NCBI GenBank assembly: GCA_001179505.1
Contig: CDMY01000224.1
Location: 1 to 64,000, forward strand
DNA length: 64,000 bases
Origin: Vitrella brassicaformis CCMP3155
Taxonomy: Eukaryota; Protista; Chromerida
Direction: 5' to 3'
This document shows positions 1-12,784 of the stretch, piece by piece (position 1 is the first letter of the stretch; every line of letters starts with the position of its first letter). The position numbers were made by a program, and so were the translations under genes. The notes under the pieces are model-generated. The model did no database searches, was not told where the DNA came from, and saw nothing but the letters and a program-made list of their open reading frames with translations.

Positions 1-256
1 AATTCATCCATCCGTCCATATGCGTAGGGATGAAGAAGCGTAGGGAAGATGACCAGACTGTGTGACGCATTGACTTATGTTGTAACCGTCGGCATTGTCT
101 ACTCACGGCCGTTGCGGTCTCTTGATGTCCCTGTCTGTAGTGGTGGGCAATGCGGTCTCTTGATGCAAACAAACATGCTCCCGAACCCACCACCCCCCCG
201 CCCCTGTCTGTGTGTATGGACACCACTAATCAACTCTGTACATACAAGCAATCCAA

Positions 257-1639
257 TCACCGTTCCTCGCCTCTCTGCACCCATTCCACACGGCCGCCCT
301 CTCGCCAGCACCTCTTGTACACGATCGGCCGCCCGTTTGGAAAGAGGGCAGATGGGTCTGGATGGCCCCTCATGAAGCGCCACTTGGCCCGCAGCTGGTC
401 GGGGAAATGGCTCGGCTCGCACTGCGGGCTGGTGCTGCAATGCCACACGCAGAACGAACAGGGACGAGAATGATGCATGCAGTCATGTGTGTAAGAATAT
501 CTGGTCGCTTCCTTGCCTGCAGTGTTTGAGGATGAAGGCATCGTTTGCATTAATAAGGAAGTCCAGCAGGTCATCCGGCATCGTCGAACCACTGCCCGCC
601 TCCTCAGGCGCGACGGCAATCGCATACTCTGCACATCACATCCATCACGGCGACGAAACACAACAAAACACGGGCGCATTGATGCTTTGCTTTCTACATG
701 TCAGCGGCTCAGTGGCTGACCGTCATGGGATGGATTGTAGTATTCGACCGGGTTGCCGTCACTGGAGCTGCTCGCCCAGTGGCGCAACGGCAGCGACACG
801 CTCGGCAAGGCGTCTTGAGCAAACACGACGGGCCCGACGTGGCCACTGCGGCTATCCATGGCCATGCCCCACACACGCACGCGCCGCGTCCCACTCTCCT
901 CCACAGTGTTGACCACATCCACGCAGCACACGCGCAGCCGACACTCCACCGTCGGCAGCTGGTGGAACAGGCCGAGACCCACGGCCAGATTCCTGCGGGA
1001 CATGGCCGCTGGGCGAGACCCAGGGTGGTCGGCGAAGGCACCCAACAGGTGCAGCTCGGCCCGGTAGGGGGGTAGGGTGGGGGGAGGGGAGGGCAGGAGG
1101 GCTTCGATCCGCGCCCTCAGGTTCCTGTCTTGGTTGAGTGCGCCGTCCATGTGGCAGCAAATACATAGGGAGCGGCCGGGGAGCTGCACCCGGAGAAGGG
1201 CAATCACGCATGTTGTTGCGTCCTGCATACACACGCGGCAGGCAGGCAGGCATGCTTTGCATCTGGCCTGGTGTGTGTGGCTCTTCTCCCAGATCACCTG
1301 TGACCCGATTAGAAGCGACTGCTGCTGGTGCTGCTGCGAAGAGGGCGGATTGCCGTCTATCGACGGCGCCGCATCACTAAAAGTGAACGCCCACTCCGCC
1401 TGGTGGCAATAAATGGCACTGTCTGCCTGCACGAGGCCCACATCCTCCTTGACGAACGCCAGCGTTGCGGCTGATGTGTAGCGCTCGGCAGGTATGTCCT
1501 GCTGCTGTATGGGCCGGGCTGCTGGTGGCTGTATAGATGGGTGAACAAGCACACCCTCGTGGCGCTTCAGGGCAGCAAGCACAGACTCGAGTGCGGGAGC
1601 CGATTCAGGGAGCCTCTCTCCATCAACCAGCAGGACCAT
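257..1639 (-). CDS. NTAN1: Protein N-terminal asparagine amidohydrolase (N-degron pathway), spliced
   Basis: Spliced product has MVLLVDGE at the start, GSQ|DATTC (catalytic Cys), CHMDG, ELHLLGAF and ILKHCSTSPQCEPSHFPDQLRAKWRFMRGHPDP...LFPNGRPIVYKR. These match the human NTAN1 motifs I recall (MPLLVEG, GSDDATTC, THCDG, EVHLVGGF, LSTSPLAEPPHF). Confidence 0.9.
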
Positions 1640-2854
1640 GGGGATAGCGCTACGAGGGCCTCGTGTTGATCACTGATCTGATGACGGTAGCACACGCGCA
1701 CGAGTGGATCAGGTGTGTGTTGAAGGCTTCCTTCCTACCTCTTGCTAGCACTCTGCTCCGTCTACGCAGAAATCTCCCCGCGACAAGACGCCCCGATCTC
1801 CACCGCGCGCTTCGCCCCGTCTTCTTGGCCCCCAGACTTGGGGTGAGAGGTACGGGTACAACACGCGAGAGTGGTGGTCGACATGCCGATGGCGTGAGCT
1901 AAGCGAGGAAGATTGCGCTGTGCCGCTGATTGGATGAGTAACGATAGTGGATGAGTAACGAAGACGCATATGATGGCAATGCACGCATTTGAATGTATAC
2001 GTCAATGCGTCACACAGTCTGGTCATCTTCCCTACGCTTCTTCATCCCTACGCATATGGACGGATGGATGAATTGATGGTTGGTTGGTTGGATCATTCAT
2101 TCATTGGTCGGCTGCATGTTCCTTCTCTGTCTCTGTGTGTTTGTCATGCAACGAGTGGTATGAGATCAGTCAGTCGGTCAGTTGGCGAAGATCATCTTGC
2201 CGCCCGCGCTGAACTTGCCGCAGCCTACACACACACAGCACACACACACACACACAAAGGAGACACACGAGTGGATGAGATGCACCCACCCTCCCACTGA
2301 CTGACTGACTGGTAGCCATGTACGTGTTTGTGTCCACTTGCCGTTGATTTCGGCGCCCTGGATTGCCTGCTCGAGCATCAGCAGGTATGAGCACGACGTG
2401 CACTCGACGCGTCTGCACTCACCCACCCACCCCGCCATCCAGCGAGACCGAGCAGCACAGAACGGTGCAGGTGTTGTGTTGCACAGCGTCAGTCATGCGT
2501 GTCTCTGATCGTCTGTCTGTCTGTCTGTCCATTTATTTACCCGAATCCGTATGCGAGCCAACGAATTGGAATATTTTGAGGACAGCACTCCTGAGCATTC
2601 ACACGCATTTGAATATATAGGGGACAGCATTGGATGTTTGCACTCAACATGAAAGCACTTGGTATCATCAGAGGGCACGAGTGAACCGCTGGTACACAAG
2701 GAAGGCATCACCACGCACACATGGACGAATGAATGAATGGATAGCACGCCAAAAAAGAACATAACATGCACACACTAGCGACCTACTAGACGATCATGGG
2801 CACATCGATAACCAGCGAAAGGAGAATGTGCACACATGCACTGCACCCACCTAT

Positions 2855-5800
2855 CTATCTCACGACAGGCCCCAGGGGATATGAACAACAAGTCCTGTGT
2901 CTTCTCTTGTCACTATTTCTCTGCACATGCCGCCGCCGCGACTGGCCTATCCTTAGCCTAAACCTTCGCAGGCGGTCGGTCTCGGAGTCCTTCCGCCAGG
3001 CCAGCCCCTCGTTGATATCACGTTCCCTCACGGGCATTCTTTTTTCCTCGGCCGCATAGACACCCCAGCCGCCAATCCATCCGCGTCTTGGCCTGTGAGG
3101 CCGTCGGCCCTCACCGATGCGCTTCAGTGACTGCTGCTGGTGCAAGGACATTGTGAGATTGCTCTTAGGCGTGTGGAGAGTCGAGGTGCGGGGCTCTTCC
3201 TCCTCATCAACACCCTCTGACTCTTCCCGAGTGGCTGACACAACACAACACAACACAACACACACACACGTGCCCGGAGACAGAGAGGGATAGAGGGAGC
3301 GGCCAAACACACACGACAGACACGTACATTTGTCGCAGAGTGGGAAGAGCACCCGGCCTGCCCTGAAGCTTCCCCCGGTGCTGATGGTCCGTGAGGTGTC
3401 ATAAAGATTGCACCACGTGTCTCCCACACTGTCGGGGTGCCGCTCCCGCTGGACCTCATAGCAGCCGATGAACGGCACTCTATACTTGAGCATCTCATCC
3501 AACAAATAGCCCCTGCAAGGCAACACAGTAGGTAGAGCACCTGATCACACCAGAGAGAGACACCCAGAGAGAGTATCCATTGGCGGGCACGATGTGTTGT
3601 GTGAGTGTGTGTCTTGGTGTCTCTCTCCCTCCCCTGTCCTTCCTGCCTGCAAAGCATGTCTTGTTCCGGCTTCCCCCTATATGTGTCGTGCATGCTGTAA
3701 TGGGCGATCTGGTGCACGGGGCCGGTGGACACCCCCATCACACGAGACCGCCGAGCCGGACCCTCACTGTGGTCACACGCCATACCCTCAGCTAACACAT
3801 ACACACACACCGCCACAACAGGGGTGCAGATGTGATATGTGTATAGGCAGGACTGGCTGGCTGGCTGGCCCACCAGTTTCGCTCCTCATGGCTTGGACAA
3901 AGCATCCATCAGAGATGGAGCATGGGCGCTTGGAAGCCGGGTCATATAGTTTGTACCCGGACCACACGCCACTCCGAGACTCCCAACGGTCGGCGCGCTT
4001 GCACAACGTGCATGTTGACGAAGTCTCGTTCCCCACCTCAGCCTGAGTGAAGGAGGGAGACAAACAGACACACAGAAACGACAGACAGAAAGAAAGGACG
4101 ATGTCCTCTTGGCGCTTGATTTGTGAAGCGCTGCAGCCTCCCTCGCGGCCGTCCGTCCACCTGGAGTGAGTATGCGGCACATAGTGGCTGGAGTGTGCAT
4201 TCGCCTCTGCACACGGTTTCCTTCCTGGACCTGTCTGTGCCATACGCCTGGCCCAGCCAGTCCATCTCACGCATCACGTCACCCGTGCACTTGAACCCAG
4301 GCTTCATTTCGTACTCGAACGGATAACCGCACAACTTGCTCGGGTGGGAGACTGATCACCACACAGACAGACACACGTTTCGATCCACAAGGGACCGATG
4401 GGGAGGATGTCTGAACAAATCAGTGAGTGTGCAAGCACATTTTTCGCCGAGCCAGAAGTTGGTGGTTGAGTCATCGTCGTAGCTGCAGGTGAACTCCTTG
4501 TTGACGTTTTTGTAGTAGCCGAAGTTGTCTTCCCCGCCCTTCTTGGCCCGCGTAACCGACTTGTCCGGCGCACACGCGCCCTCCGCCGCCTTGCTAGAGT
4601 CCACGTGAAAGTCGTACTTGCCCATGCCCTGGCTGAAGGGGAGGGCACATGGGCTGGGGGCGTTGCACGAGTCACCACGAATGTCGTAGCTGCATTGGGA
4701 GGGGAGGGGGGACCGTAGGAAAGTGAGCCGTTGGGGTGTCTGTCTCTCTCGGTTGTGGCTTGGCTTACGAGAGTATGTCGATGCACTGGTCCTGGGCCTC
4801 GAATGCGATCGGGAAGGGGTCTCCCCAAGTGAGCTCGACCAGTATGTAGTCCCGGCTCTGGGACGTGTCGAAGTTGCATGTGGCCATGAAGTGCGTCCAG
4901 GCAGCGTTGGGGTCCTCAAGCATCGCCTTGAGCACTCCTGCACACACAGAAATATATGCACAGCTGCTGTCGGCCTGCGTCACACAATTCATTCGTCACA
5001 CGCACCATAGTTGACATTGAACGACTCCTTCGGCGGTTCCTTGACCAGCTTGTCCATAGTGGCCATTCTGACGCCAGCGGCCACGACATCGGCGGTGAAA
5101 GGAACTCCCCGGAAGCCTCCCGGCACGCTGTAGTCGGCAAGGCGGATCGACCTTATGAATGTCCAAATGTGGCCCCGCTCCCTGTCGAAGACGCAGTATG
5201 TCCGGGTGGCCTTGCCCGCCACGTTGAACGTGTATATCCCATTGGATGCATCGCGATTCTGCAACACCACCGCACTGCACCCGGGGGAGGCTGCAAGGAA
5301 ACAAAACACCACACGTGCGAACTGCGGGAGACACAGACGGCAGGCTTACGGAAAGGCAGCATGGCGATGTCGATGCCCTTCTCAACTTTCACAGATACAT
5401 ATCGCAGCAAATCAAATCAAATCAGCACAGGGCTCCCTCCACCCATGCTTTGTCCCTTCCTTCCCTACCCATGTGGTTGACGTATTTTGTCCATCCCCTG
5501 ACTTGCTCCGGCCTGACGTTCTTCTGCACTGGCTTGGTGGGGTCGGGGCACGACTGCAGGCAGCACAGGGACGCCCGTGGGTCAGACGGGTTCTCGTAGT
5601 AGTTGAACGCGTTGCAGAGCTCCGCCTCCTGGATGGCCTCGCACTCAGACATGCACAGGTCGACGGACGGCACCGCCGGCACACACCCGCCCCCCACGGC
5701 GAGACACCCGATCACCCAGTCATCGCCCACGCCCACTTCGTGCCAATCTCCAGTGCCCTCTGAGGTAGGGATGGATGCCACACGCAGAGGTCATGTGGTG

Positions 5801-8800
5801 ATTGTTTCAATCCACAAGTGGCTTGGCTGCGTGTCTGGCCTGGTTGACCTACCTTGGCATATGATGTCCTTTTGCATATCGGTGACGATTCGGTCGAAGA
5901 AGTGTGGAATCTTGCTGGCTGAGCACTCCATGGTGAGTGGGTTGTCCCTGTCGCACGTCTTGAGTATCTTGTGAGTGCCCTTTGTCGTGTGCTCACGCAT
6001 CCGGCCAAGGATCTCGCTCGGGTGCTTGACGCGGCAACATCCCTGGCTGCTCTCGGGGGCCACGACTGGGCTCACACACGGACAGGCCCACACAGACACT
6101 TCATGAGCCTTGCATGCGAGACACGGTCGGTCCCTTGTGTCGGCCGTACCGATTCTCTTCCTGACGAATGTCTGCCCCGGCTCTCTGACGATCAGGTAGA
6201 CATCGGGGAACGCCTTGCCGCCAACCACAGCCCGCACGAATCGGCCCACAAAGTCGTTGGGCACCAGAGGCGGGCCCTCGAGCAGCTCCAACTCGGCCGT
6301 CGGGACCTCTTTCACCAACACACAAGGGTCGCCTGCGCATCAATCGGGGGAATACATGAAACGATATATGCCGATACTTCGTGTTAAGCCTGGTCTGTCC
6401 GGTGCCATTATCACGTGACCGACCGTATGTTGTGTCTTTGCATTCGGTATACGTGGCCCGTTTGAAGAGACAGAGCGGCTCGTCATCCCCGACGTCGAAC
6501 CGGCTTGTCCCCATGCACCAGTCGCGGTAGTCGAGGCCAAAGAGGTCGAGGAATGCCGGCATGGGCAGCACATCCAAGAAGAAGATCGTGTCGTTCTTGG
6601 CGTGCCGCTGAAATCGGTAGCGCATACCTGCATGAAGTGACACAGACAGATGCAGAGAAATCAAGGGGCCAATACGTGTGGCAGGCCAGATGGAGGCTGC
6701 TCACGCGGAATGTTTGCGGAGATGTTGACTGCAAGAGGCACGCCAACACGACAAGGAGGGAGGGAGACACAAGAAATGAATGTCATTGAATGCCTCCCCT
6801 CTCTCTCCCTCTTTTCTCTTTCCGCCCATCTGATCTGCGTGTATGTATCACTTCACTCATGAATGATTTTACTCGCTGGCTGGCTGGCTTACATTCGTCG
6901 CAGCCAACCGTCACCTCATCGCCCACGATGAAGAAGCGGCCCTCCTCCATTATCGCCGCCTCGTCCTTGGTCAGCGACAGCCACGCCAGCTCCGCCGCCA
7001 TGCTGCTCGCGTCGCCTTCGCCAGGCTTGCTCACGCCACCCTCGTCACTCGAGCCATCACTGCCGCTGTCATCGCCGCTGTCGCCCGCTCGGCGCACCCG
7101 GACCTCGACGAACTTCGTCTCAGGTGCGTGGTGGTAGCTTCGTAGTGGCGGCAGCTCGTCCACCAGATGTGACCGGGGCTTGCCTGGCGGCTTCTTCCCG
7201 GACGGACGGCCGGCCGCTCTTGCGCGAGTTTCGGCGAGGATTGTCTTTGCGGTCTCACTGATGGTCTGCAGGAATGCCTTGAGTGTCGACGGGCCCACAG
7301 GCGACAGCCGGCGGAACAAGGAATCCACCGATTCCTGATCCATTGGAGCCGACGGCGGGGCGCGCTCGGGCGGCCTGGTGGAATTGCTTGCTGGCTCGTC
7401 GGCTGCCTTCTTTGCTTCATCGCTCGGCGGGGCGGCGATGTTATTGAAGCATGGCTTGCCGAATGGCGTGGTGCAGCAGCGTGGCCTGGTCACCCGCAGC
7501 CTGTACCCGTGGAAGCTGTCGGGCGACACGAGTATGAGGTGCCACTCGAACGCCTCGTCAGGCAGACCACTCGGCTTGGTGTAGTCTGCACACAGACAGC
7601 ATTCATGGCGGACGCATCAATGGATTGATGTGCACAAACAGGCGACACAAACACAAGCAGCCAGCCACTCACAGTTGACTGTTGGCTGACTGACCGGGGT
7701 TTGCGATGAATTTGGCGTTCCAGCTGCGGCAGAAGGCCTTGCCCTCGATCGGAGACGATATCTCCTTCAATAAGGCAGGGCTGGCCAAGCACACAAATAC
7801 GTACGAGAGATCCGTCAACAGGCGCGCGGCTTCACTTACGAGGTGACTTGGAAGTTGCAGGTTTGCAGCTTATCGCAGAACTCCCCGGCGGCAGTGCTGC
7901 ACGAGTAGTGCGTCTCCGTGCACTCGGGCATCACTATCCTCCGGTACAGGCCCGGGTTGTCGCGACGCTCTGAGACATGATCCAAGAGCAGCCAGGCACA
8001 GTCATGTATGCCATGCCTCCCTTCACATGGCGCACCGAGGCATAGGAAGCTGTCTTCCCATGTCTTGCCGCCTTCCTTTGGCCTCCACGGGATGCATGTC
8101 GGGCGGCCGTCCAGACCCTTGCCCAGAGAGGTGAAGACAATGTCGTGGCCGTGGACGTCCATGCGCAGCACAGACGGGCAAGAAGCAAGCATGGGTGCCT
8201 TGACACGCAAAGTGATTTGCAAATTCATTCATGAGCACCTGTGGCCACGACGCCGCAAAGCACAGAAAGCCTTTATCAACGGGATCCACGGCTATGGCGA
8301 CCTCCACACAAATTTTGTCCTCTTCCGCTTGCTCCGACCATCCCATGTCCACGGCGGCCCGCCCAGTCCTGACACAGACGAAGCTCTTCTTCTGCGACAT
8401 GACCTCGATGCACTCATAGACGGACGTCGACATCATCCATCGTTGTGGCGAAGGCAAAGTCGTCGGGGAAGCGCGGCCACGGGCGCAGTTTGCCCTCTGA
8501 ATCCTCGCTTTGGGTCGGCACGGCCAGGTACACATTGATGTACTCCTCCGACGCATCGCTGATGTACTGTCCCGTCCGGGTTCCGCACTGCACACACCCC
8601 CATAAGGATAAAGAATGCGAGCGTGGTTTCTGGCTTTCTTGTGCTTGCTGGTTCTGGGTGGCGGGCTGACCAGGGTTGGGTATTCCCAGGACTTAATCGC
8701 GGTTTTCCTCGGCCCCCTTGGTCCCAAACTTGCCCGAGTAAAAAGCACACTTGCCCGAAGAGAATTGGTACTCCCACAGAAAACAGTCGCTACGCAGCAA

Positions 8801-9286
8801 ACACTTCGAGCAGCATGTCGACAACTTGTCACGCTGAGCCGGAGTAAACGATTCCCAATCATTGCTCGTTGCATCGTCTGGCGAGGGAGCATCCAGGGGC
8901 TCTTCGGCTGCGCGTGCGGCCCTTTCCCGCCTTCTCTGGTGTTGCAGCGTGACGGCAGCTCTTCTCTTGAGCTGCAGGAAGGAGAGCGAGCGGCTCCCCC
9001 GGGGAAAGACATAATTACTGCTGGAGGACGTCTGCAGGAGAGAGACCGCCACAGGGGTTGGGTTGCCGCGGAGCTTCTTGCCGCCCATCAAAGAGCAATC
9101 TGACGAAAGGCACCCACGATAACAGGCATTCTTCCATGGCCAAGCCAAACGGCATGAACATTGCAAACCGTGGCAGGGGAACTCGCTTGTCCCCTGGAAG
9201 ACGTTCCTCTTGGTTACTGTCCGTGTTATCCAGCAGCAGCCAACTGTCGTGAGAAACGAAACCCACCGCCGCCACCACAATGGCAT
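2855..9286 (-). CDS. Large secreted Cys-rich multidomain protein with several PAN/Apple-like modules and a fibrinogen-related (NEC-like) domain; at least one apparent frameshift near the 5' end
   Basis: Signal-like N-terminus MPLWWRRWVSFLTTVGCC. PAN-like CCSKCLLRSDCFLWEY...GKCAFY, CMSECEAIQEAELCNAFNY...LCCL and CRGECTLQPLCAAYS. Fibrinogen-like CSAVVLQNRDASNGIYTF...TYCVFD...HIWT and EDNFGYY...STTNFWLG. GT-AG introns join most exons in frame. Confidence 0.7.
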
Positions 9287-9760
9287 TGCGGAGGGCCGGG
9301 GAGGGCCGAACAGTCAATGTCCGACCCGATCAGTCAGCGATGTCGTAGGGGATGGGCGGCGGTGGACAGGGGGGAGGGAGGGAGGGTCATGCACTGCACT
9401 GCAGTCGTGAGATTTATGGTAGAAGTGAGGACGGCCTGAAAGCACACACATCACATGCAGCTTGGGGATTGTTGCATGTAGTTGCAAAGGGAAAGTGAAG
9501 CTCTTTCGTTCTACAATGCAGCAGGGAGTGCCACCTCCCGGCTTCCTTTCTGCCCTGGTACCTAGTTCGTTTCTGCCCCACGGTGACCGGGCTGCAGGCG
9601 CCTGGCAGTGCAGGCAGGGAGGGCCTGGAAGACTGTGTGGGTCCGCTGCACTGGTGGCATCATCTTCTGCAGTCGGCATTGCATCCAACCTGGGGAGAGA
9701 AGGGGGAAAGGGATTTGGGGCCCGGGGACTTGCGAGCTTGGCTCGTCACGAGGTGCCCTG

Positions 9761-11524
9761 ATGGTGGTGGGAAAGGTATCGGCCAAGAGCTTCAGAGCCT
9801 ACGCAGATCTCATCAAGAGGTAAGCCTTCGACTCTTCGTGTGTTCGCAACTCATTATTTGCTTGCACGGTGCATTCATTCAGAGACTATATGGACGAAGA
9901 TCTCCTCGATTATGCATTCTCGTTCATCCCCGAGCGCCTTCTGGCTATCCCTACCGACACCAGCGACGAGCTTGAGCACTTCCTCCGCGATCTGCTGCAC
10001 TGGTTCAAACACGAGTTCTTCACCTGGTTCTCGTTCACCCCGACGTGCGACAAGTGCCAAGGCAAGAGCATGACACACATCCACCCATCCTGCACTATGC
10101 TTGGTATGCGTGAATGTGTGTGCTGGGAATGGGTGTTGCATGGCACGAATGGCTCACTCAGGCGCCACCGAGAGGATGGAGACCGAGACCGTTCCCCTCC
10201 CGAATGCCAAGCGAGTCGAGATCTACCGCTGCGTTGGCGGCGCCAACGCGTCACAGAAGCCCCCCAGCATGTTGCAGCAGCTGTTTGGGTGCTGCCAGCA
10301 GCAGCAGCAGCAGCAGGAGAGTCAGCCGGCCTGTGGTGCGTTGACGGTCTTCCCTCGGTACAACGGGTGTGCGGCGCTGCTGTCGTCGCGTACGGGGCGA
10401 TGCGGCGAGTGGGCCAAGTGCTTTACACTACTCTGCATCGCGGTCAGTGCAGGGACGGACGGAAAAATCAGTGTGTATGTCCATGTGTGTATGTGTGTCC
10501 ATGTGTGTATGTGTGTGTGCTGCAGTTGGGTTTGGACGCTCGTCTGTGCGTCGACTTCACTGACCACGTCTGGACGGGTGTGTACAGTGTCAGTCAGCAT
10601 CACATGTCAGTCACACGCATAGCATACACATGTGGATCGGATCCACTCCATTAGTTAGAGCAGGATTGGATTGGATTGGATGGATCAATCCTCTTGGCTG
10701 GCTGTGGGCCCCTCGCTTGCCTTGCTTGCTTTGGCAGAGATCTGTGTGCCGGGTGTCGCCGATGGCACCACAAACCCCCAGCGGCCGTCATCCCCCCGAC
10801 ACACCTATCTGCAGAAGATGCACAAGGCGACGAAGGGTGCTGGGTGCGGCGCATCGCCGCAGCACCGTGTGTATCATTTGGACTCCTGTGAGGCTGCGCT
10901 GGACTCACCGCTTATGTATGAGAAGGGCTGGGGCAAGAAGCTCAATTACGTCATCGCATACAGGTCCGCTCAGCTCAACGAACCATTTGGCTGGCTGGCT
11001 AGAGCATCAAATCGACGTGTGTGATGTGTGTGTGTGTGCTGCTGCAGCCCCTATGAAGTGTTGGATGTCACCAAGCGGTGGGAGGGAAAATGCGAAGGGT
11101 ACAGTACACATCCACTTCTGTCTGCACCCCTCTTTGCTACAGGTACACAGCCGACTGGCCCGGTGTGTTGTCGCGTCGCACAGCCATCGACGAGGGCGAG
11201 CTGACGACCGTCCTGGCAGACATAGAGCAGACCATGCGCGAGAGCAACGCGTCGCTGGTGGCCTCACGCGAGGGCGATACTGTGAGTCTTCGGTCTGATA
11301 TCGTCAGGTAAGGTGGCCATGGCGGCACACACAGACGACGGGCGTACACTCTTGCATGCGTGTGGATGGATGGATGGATGTGTATGTGTGTGTATGTCTG
11401 TTGTGTGCACTGCAGCTGGTTGGGCGGTAAGCGTGCTGAGGAGTTGGCGGCGCTGGCCCAGCCGCACGAGTCGCCGACCAATGCGTCGGAGCAGGATGCC
11501 TTCGGACCCAGAACCTCACTGTGA
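9761..11524 (+). CDS. PNG1: Peptide:N-glycanase (transglutaminase-like core, no PUB/PAW domain seen)
   Basis: [36 protein letters not shown] (catalytic Cys), DHVWTE (His), HLDSCE (Asp) and [14 protein letters not shown] are the canonical PNGase/NGLY1 motifs. Confidence 0.93.
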
Positions 11525-12121
11525 TCGACTCGATGGATCGAGCTGTACAGACCGACATACTAACGTCGATATGGAGGACACAGACAGATTGGCACAGATA
11601 CACACACACACATCGACGTGACGCGCGCATAGCATAGCGTAGGGGGGTGGGGGTGGGTGGCTGGGGGTGGTGAGTGGGCCAGGCGGCCTCTCTCTCTTCG
11701 CTCGTTGTTAATATGGATGGCTAGATTGATTTTGGTTGACTCTCCTGGCCTGGCAGGCCGGTTTGTTTGACATTAGTTGATCATATCATATCATATTGAT
11801 ATGCCATCGATCAGGTAGGTGCATTGATTGCATTGCATTAACAGTGAAAACAATGTCGGACAGCAGGCACTGCACTGCACAGGCACAGAGCACTGGACGA
11901 ACACACACGGCACACACATCCCCCCCTCGTTAGTCAGAATGTGTCTCCCAGCAATCAACGTGTCCGTCCGCATGATGCATACACGAATTGCCCGTTCACC
12001 CACCCCCCATCCATCCATCCATCCATCCATCCCATCATCTGGCCGTACAGGCCGTCTCAACACTCCCACAGCCCCTCCTGACACTTCCACCCCCAATCGA
12101 CGCATGCTGCCTCATCTCCGT

Positions 12122-12721
12122 CTACGTCACCAAAGGCAGCCGAGGCAGCCGCTCCTTCCTCGCCAAATCCTGCAGAATCCTCAGCTGCCTCTCCCTCTCC
12201 CTCACCTCCAGCCATTTCCTTCTCGTTCTCTCCAGCTGGTCGGCCTGCCGCACCGCGCCACGGAACAGCGCAGTGAATGCGCGGCGCTCCTCGTCCATTG
12301 CCTGCTTCATGTGGTGCCGCTCGAGCGCCGTCTGCAGTCGGGTGGACTCCTCGATGCGCTGCGTGTCGGCGAGCTGATCGACGAGGAAAGGGCTGCTACT
12401 CAGCCGCCGAGCCCATCTTCTTTCCTGGTCCATTCTGTGTCTCAGCGACGACCTCCGAAGGTCCTCTCTCTCCCGCAAGATGGCGTCCCTAATGGCGTCT
12501 CGCTCAGCATACAGCTGCGAGAACATCCGTGTGGAGCTGGCGCGGGCGTGGGCAGCGTGATGAGTGCGCCGCAGCACGCGTTCGTCGACAAATGGCGGGG
12601 CTCTGGGCGAGAGAGGGGGGAGGAAGGTGGGAGGGCAGGGGGCGTCGGAGAGCTCATCTGGCTCCACAGATGGCTCGTCCAGAGCATCGTCGTGGTCTAC
12701 GGGCTGGTCGTTCTCTGTCAT
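12122..12721 (-). CDS. Single-exon coiled-coil hypothetical protein (MTENDQ...RLPLVT)
   Basis: Open frame rich in E/R/Q heptads (ERDAIRDAILRERE, QADQLERTRRKWLEVRERERQL) with coding-like composition. Confidence 0.6.
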   Translation of the reverse strand: MTENDQPVDHDDALDEPSVEPDELSDAPCPPTFLPPLSPRAPPFVDERVLRRTHHAAHARASSTRMFSQLYAERDAIRDAILREREDLRRSSLRHRMDQERRWARRLSSSPFLVDQLADTQRIEESTRLQTALERHHMKQAMDEERRAFTALFRGAVRQADQLERTRRKWLEVRERERQLRILQDLARKERLPRLPLVT

Positions 12722-12784
12722 TTTGGGCTTTCGAGGCGCGGCCCCCACGAAGCCCCCACTGCAGGAGAGAGACCGAGAAAGGCC

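Noticed and set aside
513-719. Plus-strand ORF VFEDEGIVCINK resembling an RluA pseudouridine synthase start
   Set aside because: It is antisense to NTAN1 exons, and no HRLD motif follows.
1663-1902. Short plus ORF divergent from NTAN1
   Set aside because: No coding bias or recognisable motif.
1931-1961. Short tandem duplication of tggatgagtaacga
   Set aside because: Only two copies in intergenic DNA; ordinary slippage, not a CRISPR or element end.
9761-11524. PNGase as a plastid SELMA component
   Set aside because: No signal peptide is visible at the N-terminus, so it looks like the cytosolic enzyme.
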